From positions 155,558,001-155,622,000 of the forward strand of contig OZ024742.1 of assembly GCA_964016885.1 (NCBI GenBank): a stretch of DNA of 64,000 bases. Direction: 5' to 3'. The notes beneath the pieces are model-generated. The model saw only the letters and a list, made by a program, of their open reading frames with translations. It had not been told where the DNA came from and ran no database searches. The stretch's first letter is position 1, and every line of letters starts with the position of its first letter. A program made the translations under genes and the position numbers. Source of the DNA: Eledone cirrhosa (lineage: Eukaryota). Of the stretch, positions 55,440 to 64,000 are shown in pieces.

Positions 55440-56600
55440 AAATACCAGATTAAAGTTTAAGCAAAGAATCGCTGCTTTCACACTTAACGAGATATTCTGA
55501 AACCTAGAAAGTCAATATGTGAACGCAGAAGTAGATATTTAAAAAAAGAAATTGCAACCGGAGCAAGACAGGAAGACGATACTTTGGTTCGTGGAAACGT
55601 TCCCTGGCAAAGAACGGGAAATAACAAATATAATACGTCATTATTTGGAGCGGTGAAAAAAATTACACGCAAAGACAAAAGCACGTTTATGGTATAAAAG
55701 AAGTCGTAGACTAATATTCTATTAGGTGATTCATAGAGACTTTCTCTGGCAATGAACGGAAAAAACGAAGATAATACGCCATATATGGAGTGTGGAGAAC
55801 AATTGCAGGCAAATGCTATAACTGAAGATGTAGACAAAATTCTAACTACGAAACCGAATGATTTTCGGCTCCAGAGTTAAGAATAAAGTAAATAAAATAC
55901 AGCGGTAATTGACATTAAATAAATACATACCCGCATCCATATACGTACAGACACAGGCATATGCGAAAACCTCGCCATAGGTATGGCCACATATACACCA
56001 CATATAAATATGTGAGTGTGTGCGCGTGTATACAAATAATTATATAAACGTATATAAATAAATAAATACGTATATAACAAGCGCACACACATACCTACAT
56101 GTAAATACACATGTGTTCGGAGACGCACGTCAAACAAAACACGAAGTACACATATACACACACCCTACATACGTACCAACCCGCATAATTGCACAGACGC
56201 AAAACTCACGTATACACATAACCACAACCATTTCCCAGTGTACCTTATATTGGGTGTGGTTGTCTTTTAGACTCCAGATATAAGCTGAAAGTGACGTCAT
56301 ATTCCTTCTTAGAGGGTAACGGACAGAATGGGAATGCATGTAAAGACGCTGCTTGAATCTATTTGCTGTTAACCCTATGTAGGCCCTACGGGACGTGACT
56401 GTTTCAACCTTACACTTGTAGACAATGTTACTAGAGAGGCATTTCCCGGATATGGGGCAGTCAACCCGATTCCTACAATTACAGTCAGTACTAACTATAG
56501 GGTTGCACGTGTTCCTACGGCTAGGTAGTTTTGCTAAATTTTAAGCTGTGATGCTATGTGAAAGGTGAGGAGTCATAGAGTAAGCAATTTTAATAGTATC
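55440..56600 (-). mobile_element. 3' part of a Naiad-type PLE (EN remnant 56250-56600 plus 3' UTR/pLTR), same subfamily as 61585-63800
   Basis: CNCRNRVDCP, NIVYKC, AYIGLTANRFKQRLYMH, SAYIWSLKD; internal deletion relative to ~62970-63355; 55446-55790 recurs at 61021-61350. Confidence 0.82.
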
Positions 56601-56645
56601 TCTATTGAGCTCTCTTTGGATTTTAGTCTTCAAATTTATTATTAT

Positions 56646-56685
<40 letters not shown>

Positions 56686-56698
56686 AGAGAGAGAGAGA

Positions 56699-56778
<80 letters not shown>

Positions 56779-58141
56779 AAATGTTCATATATATATATAT
56801 GTGTGCTTCTGCCGTGTCCATCGACAACTTCCCACACTCAACATTATAGTAGAATATAGTTGTCCAATGTGCCAGGCATAGTGCTTGAATAGACATTGTT
56901 GCCTAGGAAATTCCATAAGCATGGAGTCATAAAACATATTATTTCTATTATAGACATAATGTCAGAATTATTTTAGCGAATCGGTTTAGATAATTTCATG
57001 GACTTCATTAATTGAACAGATCATAAGAGATATCAGCGTTATTTGAACTCACAAAGTAATGTGTTCGCAAGTGTTATTATTTCCGCCTATGTTTTAAGCC
57101 TTTTGCCAATGGGACACACTTACCGGAAGAAAGGGCAGTGAATTTTATAGCGTGTCGTTGCCAGTGGGTCACGCACGCGTACTGGAAGAAGGAGCAGTGA
57201 ATTAGGTCTATCTTTGTATTTTGATTTTGTATTTTATTGTATTGAGCGTAGAAAAATGTATATTAAAGTTTAGTTGACTGGATACATACTTGGAACTCGA
57301 AGAACAGATCTAAATGCGTAAATACATTTCTTTGATACTCTAAGGATTCTGCCTTTATTCATGGTTTATTAATTAGGCACAAAGTAAGTAATTAGGATCA
57401 AAGTAAATCGATTGTATCATTCCAGTCTTTGTCGGGTACTTTAGTTAATCCATCACTGCAGGCTGAAATAACAAGTTTATATAAATTCAGAACACAATTA
57501 TCCAAATCAAATGCTGCTATGAAATTCTTCAGCACTGTGACCATCCTAACAATGGAGTACCTTTGATAATATCTGTAATAACACCAGTCAGTAAAAATTA
57601 TGATAAATTATTTTTGACATTTATTTAATATTGAAATACGTGGTCTAAGGAAGAAAAGACGGAATTCGTAATTTGATTTGGTATTAAATATTATATGCAA
57701 ACGAGCATAGTCAGTTAGTCATAGTAGAAGTAAGGGCTGTAGTGAAGAAATTAAACTGAGCACAATGATAACGAACAAACATGTCAGCAATAGAGAATAG
57801 GGAATGACTGAGGAGTGTTGATTGTAAAAAAAAATACCTTTTTTCTAATTCAAATTTGATATTTTCTCTCGATTTATATTTATTAAATTTTTCGTACACT
57901 GTTTAAAATTATATTTGCCCATTAATTTAGTGGTTGTTGGTCTGCTCCCGGTGAGGAAACAACTCTTGACATTTACAGCGTTAGATATGCAGCCAGTAAA
58001 ATATAATTTATGATTGAGTAATATTGTTTGTTCACGTCAAACTGATACATTTTTTTTTTAATTCTCGTCGCTATTATATTCTCTATTCTATCTCTATTAC
58101 AGAGCTGCTCACTCCTTTTCTTCCTTTTTTTCTATTTGCTC

Positions 58142-58202
<61 letters not shown>

Positions 58203-58214
58203 TCTCTCTCTATA

Positions 58215-58280
<66 letters not shown>

Positions 58281-58326
58281 CATCTCTCTCTCTCTCTCTC
58301 TCTCTTTCTTCTTATATATATTTATA

Positions 58327-58378
<52 letters not shown>

Positions 58379-58758
58379 TCTGTGTGTGTGTGTGTATGTG
58401 TGGATGTGTGTGTGTGTGTGTGTGGGTGGGTGTGTGTGTGTGTGTGTGTGTGTATATAATAATAACGAGAGAGAGAGATAGAGAGAGATTGGGTGAGCGC
58501 GGAGCAAGTAGAAAAAAAGAAAGATGAGATAATATATATATATATATATATATATTCTCTCATCTTTCATTTTTTTCTTCTCAAGCTACGATTTTTGCTC
58601 ACATATTACAATATATGTTGACTGTTGTAGAATTTGTTCTTATTCAACACTTTTGTTTCGTCCCTACTTTTTCATTCATTTTTTTATTAGATTTTCATAG
58701 TATAATAAAATATATCAATCGCAGATATTATTATTACTGTTATGATTATTATGATTAT

Positions 58759-58762
<4 letters not shown>

Positions 58763-58833
<71 letters not shown>
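58763..58833. repeat. (AGT)n microsatellite
   Basis: Direct reading. Confidence 0.95.
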
Positions 58834-58834
<1 letters not shown>

Positions 58835-59091
58835 TATTGTTTTTGTTGTATCATTTCTATTTGCTTCTTATAGTTTCGTAATTTGTATTGCTTCGGCAAT
58901 CTTAAATTCCTTGTTTTCGTTGTTTGCATCGCGATTATTGTTATTGTTTTGATCATAAAGTACCATACATTTCACTGCGCAGGGGAAAGTTTTTTTTATA
59001 TTGCATCCTACGGGGCAGAAATGTTTAATAAATTCGAGTCTTTAAAAATAAGTCAAACAATAACTAAAATGGCAAAGTCTGGTTCACACAT

Positions 59092-59195
<104 letters not shown>

Positions 59196-60891
59196 CCAAC
59201 ACACACAAACATACATACACACACACTCACACACACACAATACTGTTCTATCCCACTACCGTCTCCAGCTTGACACAAACAACAACAATAAAAACATGTG
59301 AAGCCATAGTAGAATATAACTGTTTATTTCCTGCTTTGACAATTGCTAACAAAAGCCTCGCCACTAACATCGCAGCAGTAAAAACAAAAATATCACTGAC
59401 AAAACAACAGCAATACCATTGAAAGAATGACAGTAAAATAGAAACACCACTGCTATACCAGATGAAACTTTATTAGCAACCGATTCAAGAACCGCCAACA
59501 AAATCTCCAATTGTACCACCATTCCCTACTCAAAAAAACCCCAAAAACTATGATTTCGACAATTACGGAAACTAGAAAGAGAAACAACAGCAGTATATAC
59601 AGGAAATCATAAGCAATTGTTGTATATTCTCTGTAAGTGCTTCCAGAATTTGGAGAAACTGGAAAGATTTCAACGAATCTAGACATGATGTGCGGAGGAA
59701 GCGGCAATGAAAAAGCCTGAAAACCTAACCGACTTGGAGGAACATATAAAACCAAGCGTGGTGAAGGCCATATATGTGCCGCCCTTAATATCCATATGTT
59801 AGTTGATAAAAGCCATTTTGGCCGACATGCAATGAGAAAGTAGATTTCCAAAGTGTTCAAGATGAATGGGAGCTAGTTGGTGATATAGATGACACATCTC
59901 GTCCAACCAACCAACAGGGCATATAGGCTATCTCTGTTTTGATTTGGCAGCAACCCGCTTTCCAATAGCGAAATCTTTACTCTTCCCAATGTCTCAAGTG
60001 CAGTGACTACATCCGCAAAAGCAGACAATCACACCAGTAATTAATCAAGTTACCCCAAAACCACGGCAGTGCGTTCGGAAAAGAGCAATTAGATTAGATA
60101 ATGTATAGTTTTGCAAAGAAGTGCCGATGGTGAAATATCATATAGGAAGAGTTAGTTGTTAAATTACAAATGGGAATGGCCCTCTAGGTTTGTATTGATA
60201 GAAATAATATATGTGTTCTAAGATAAGAAGGATCGAAAGACAGTGGATAAACATGTGTGTCGAAGAATTCATCATTCATTCTCCAAGAGATCAGAAGCAG
60301 AAAGCGATAATCGATTTCAATTAGATGGATGTGGTTTTGCAGTTTTAAACAAATGTTTGGAGTAAGCTCTGGGACGGAGATGGTAGTGGATTTAATTACT
60401 ACAGCGAAGTGTCCTTGTGATTCACAGTAGAAGATTTGTAGGGTTGTGAAAAGCGGGTAAGAGCAGTTCAAATATGGATGACTGTGAGGAGATATATAGT
60501 GCGTTTAGGGACTTGCTTTGTATGGTCTGCCTTACGCGTATTACGGATATATGCTAGCCTTGTTTGCCCATGTCTTGGTATCCATAGAGAAGAATGTCCA
60601 GTGCTGTGAGCTGGTAGTGTTAGCTTTGATAAAGTTGAACTCGTATAAGGCGGCTGTAATTAGAACATCCTATACCACAATACTGCTTTTCCAAACTGAT
60701 TACATGGTAGCATGGAGTTATACGATCGAGGGTGAATGCGATGAGTGTACGTGTGTGTTAGTGTCTCTAAAAAGCTCTAACTTAATTTGCTCGATTTCAT
60801 CTAATGTATATATGCATATATGTATATATGTATGTGTATGTGTTGAAAATGAACGAACACAAAATACAGGAAACAGGTTCACGTTTGTATT

Positions 60892-60964
60892 CACTCTACT
60901 ACCCTAAGTATTGAGTACCCTGGTGCGTTACGGTCCATCTGGTCCCTTACCACACCCCATTCGT

Positions 60965-60965
<1 letters not shown>
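60892..60965 (+). mobile_element. Solo Naiad-like 3' terminal module
   Basis: actctactaccctaagtattgagtac..ggtccatctggt..ttaccaca followed by (TA)n. Confidence 0.7.
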
Positions 60966-61003
<38 letters not shown>

Positions 61004-61020
61004 ATATATTATAATAATAA

Positions 61021-63800
61021 CAGATTAAAGTTTAAGCAATCATTCGCTGCTTTCACCCTTAACTCCTTAACGGGACCTTCTGAAACTAAAAAAAATCAAT
61101 GTGTGAACGCAGAAGTAAATATTTCGACAAATATTGCAACCGAAGGAAGACAGGAAGCCGATACTTTGGTTCGTGGAGACGTTCCCTGGCAATGAACGAA
61201 AAAAACGAAGATAATACGTAATTATTTGGAGCGGTGAAAACAATTACACGCAAAGACAAACCACGTTTATGGTATAAATGAAGTCGTAGAGTAATATTCT
61301 ATTAGGTGGTCCGTGGAGACCTTCTCTGACAAACGAAGATAATACGTCATTATGTGTTGCCTCTCATCCTTACGGTGTCGATAAAATAAAGTACCAGTAG
61401 TACACTGGTATAATTGCTGGCCTTGTACCAAAAGTACAAACAATTACGTGGAGCGTATATATTTAATTGTTGTTGATTTCAATTACCTCTGTAATTTATT
61501 TACATTCTTTTTAACCTGAGGCCGAGAATCATTCGGTTTCCTAAATAGATTTTTACTCTACGACTTCATTTCTACCTGAAGGATTCAAATTTCCCGAACA
61601 ACCCCTCTATTCGGCTTATTAACCCTACTAAGACCGATTTAGGTAGACTTAGTAAAAGGATTTTAGATATAAATGCACCTGAAATTAGAAGTTTGGCCCC
61701 TCTTGCACAATTCTTTCGCGGTGATTGATTGGTTCAACGGCATATGCAACAGGGAACATTGCCGTTTTATCCAATTCGACATCAATAATTACTACTCCTC
61801 TATCACTTTACCACTTCTTCTTAGTGCTATCAATTTCGCTAAAACACGTACAGCGGTTAAGGAGTTCGAAGTTGATGTCATCCTCAATGCCCGTAAGTCG
61901 GTGATTAATATCGGAGACTCTATTTGGATTAACAAATCTAATAGTACCCCATTCGACGTGAGTATGCGCACCAGCGATTCTGCGGAGCTTACTGATCTTA
62001 ACGGCCTTTTTCCTTCATTTCTCTATCAAGGAAGAATTTCCCAACGTGGGTGGTGGTTTGTACCATGATGACGGTGTTTTTGCCATGACAAAGTGCGGCC
62101 CACATGCTTGCGACAGGTTCAGAAAAGAATTCACAGCCTTGTTTAAAGGCTACAACCTCTCCATAAAGGTTGAGTCCAACCTCTCTGTCGTTAATTACCT
62201 CGACATTACCCTCGATTTGTCAAATGGCTTGCAGTACCCGTATAGAAAGCCGAATAATGCGCTTAATTACATAAGTAAGTATTCTAACCATCCTGCCAGC
62301 ATAACCAAGAACCTGGTAAGAAACGTTTCTTTGAGGCTTCCCCGTCTATCTACAAACGAGCATATTTTCACCGACGATTCCAGATATTACAATGAAGCTC
62401 TTGCTCGGAGTAGATTTGTCGATAAGGTAGAATATACAGAGTATGAGAATAGACCTTGGAAAAACTGATACCGACGTATTATATGGTATAACCCACCATA
62501 TAATATGGAGGTGGCCACGCAATTAGCTAAGATCTTTCTCTACCTTACTATGAAGCAACCCCCCCCCCCCAGCGCATAAATATAGTAAAAATGTTTAATA
62601 GAAATACCATTAAAATGTCTTACTCTACGACACCTAACCTTGCACATAACATCACAGCTTCAAATTTAGCTAAATTACCAAGCCGTAGGAACATGTGCAT
62701 CCCTGTGCTCGTACTAACTGTAATTGTAGGAAGCGGGTTGACTGCCCCCTATCCGGGAAATGCCTCTCTTGTAACATTGTATACAAATGTAAGGTTGAAA
62801 CATCCACGTCCCGTAGGGCCTACATAGGGTTAACCGCCAATAGATTCAAGCAACGTCTTTACATGCATGCCCATTCTTTTCTAAAACCTTTAAGAAGGAA
62901 TATGACGTCAGTTTCAGCTTATATCTGGAGACTAAAAGACAACCACACCCAATATAAGGTACACTGGGAAATCCTAGATAAGGCTAGATCATATAACTGA
63001 ATGGAATAGCATGTGACCGCTGCGCCGCTGAAGCCCTGGAAATAATCTACCCCAAAGACCACATCTTAAACAAAAACTCTGAGGCAACTTTGGCTTGTAA
63101 ACATACATTGCACAAAACTTTCCTGTATTATAGCTCCACATTATACCCTAACGGATAGTACCAACTATACGCGGATATTTTACGTCTTGATATGGTAGCT
63201 AAGTATATGTTATGTTTATACCATTACTTATTTGTGTAGGTAAGTATATGTTACCTGTATGTTTTGTGAAAGTACGTATACTTCCTCGTACGTATTTTTG
63301 CTTGTATATGTTATAGGCGTATATATTATATTATATATACTGGTACATGTGCATAGGGTTATGTGTATACGTGAGTTTCGCGTCTGTGTGAGTATGCCTG
63401 TTCATACGTATGTAGGCTGTGTGTATATGTGTACTTTGTGTTTTGGTTGATGTACGTTTAGCGAACATATATGTATTTACATGTACCTATGTGTCTGCGC
63501 GCGTTATATACGTATTTATGTGTGTATATTTATATACGTTCATATAATTATATGTATACACGCACACAAACACACATATATATATTTTTTTTAGATATAT
63601 TTTTATGTGTATTTGATGTATTCTTTCGTATGCGTGCGGGTACAGATGTTGCGTCAGTTCTGTATATGCGTGCGTGTTTTTTTGTGTACGTCCTTGTATG
63701 TTCATACCCATGGCGGGTGTGTTCGCGTATGCATGTGTATGTACGTATATGGATGCGTACATGTATATATTTATTTTTTGTTGATTTCATTTATCTCTGT
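61021..63800 (+). mobile_element. Decayed Naiad-type PLE with upstream inverted pLTR (61021-61350), SINE 3' fragment (61355-61445) and RT-EN pseudogene (~61585-63160)
   Basis: PSIRLINPTKTDLG, FIQFDINNYYSSI, FDVSM, GGLYHDDG, YRKPN, SNHP, CNCRKRVDC (CxCx5C), IVY..YIG; frameshifts. Confidence 0.85.
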
Positions 63801-63856
63801 AATATATTTCGAGCCACTTTATTCCATATAAAACACGTAACATTCAGAGACCAACC

Positions 63857-64000
63857 AGATATGAGAAAAACCACAGACCCTCCATCTCAACTCTACTTTT
63901 GAAAAGCAGAAGAACTGCGAAACCAGTAAAGGAACCAAATAAATATATATATATTTTTAAAATAAGACTCCAGTTGCATTTTCGATTTCATCTTTTTTTT
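63857..64000 (+). mobile_element. Short pLTR-like repeat with minimal HHR (63895-63932), runs off the window
   Basis: actt-TTGAAAA-gcag-aagaa-ctgc-GAAA-ccag-TA-aagg; matches 37702-37845. Confidence 0.8.

Noticed and set aside
59560-60800. Complex sequence that might be an old LINE
   Set aside because: No motif I could identify with confidence

Overview
Non-genic, AT-rich eukaryotic DNA full of (TA)n/(CA)n microsatellites. The SINE family and repeat make-up suggest an octopus or other coleoid genome (inference). No host gene can be supported. The window is dominated by Penelope-like retroelements (PLEs): a Neptune-type head-to-head inverted pair (5155-10510), a Naiad-type inverted pair (45210-50914) and several decayed PLE copies. 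Decayed RTE, CRE and R4-like LINE fragments and tRNA-derived SINEs are also present. Reading the non-coding DNA by eye shows more than 20 type I hammerhead-ribozyme (HHR) motifs, many with the covariant core UUGANAA (U3:A8). The most striking element is an apparently identical 591-bp tandem array (10574-12304) with one complete-looking minus-strand HHR per unit and no RT, i.e. a retrozyme-like or pLTR-derived element that could yield unit-length RNA. At three other loci the inversion breakpoints lie within 1-4 nt of the predicted HHR cleavage site. All folds are manual and none is tested.
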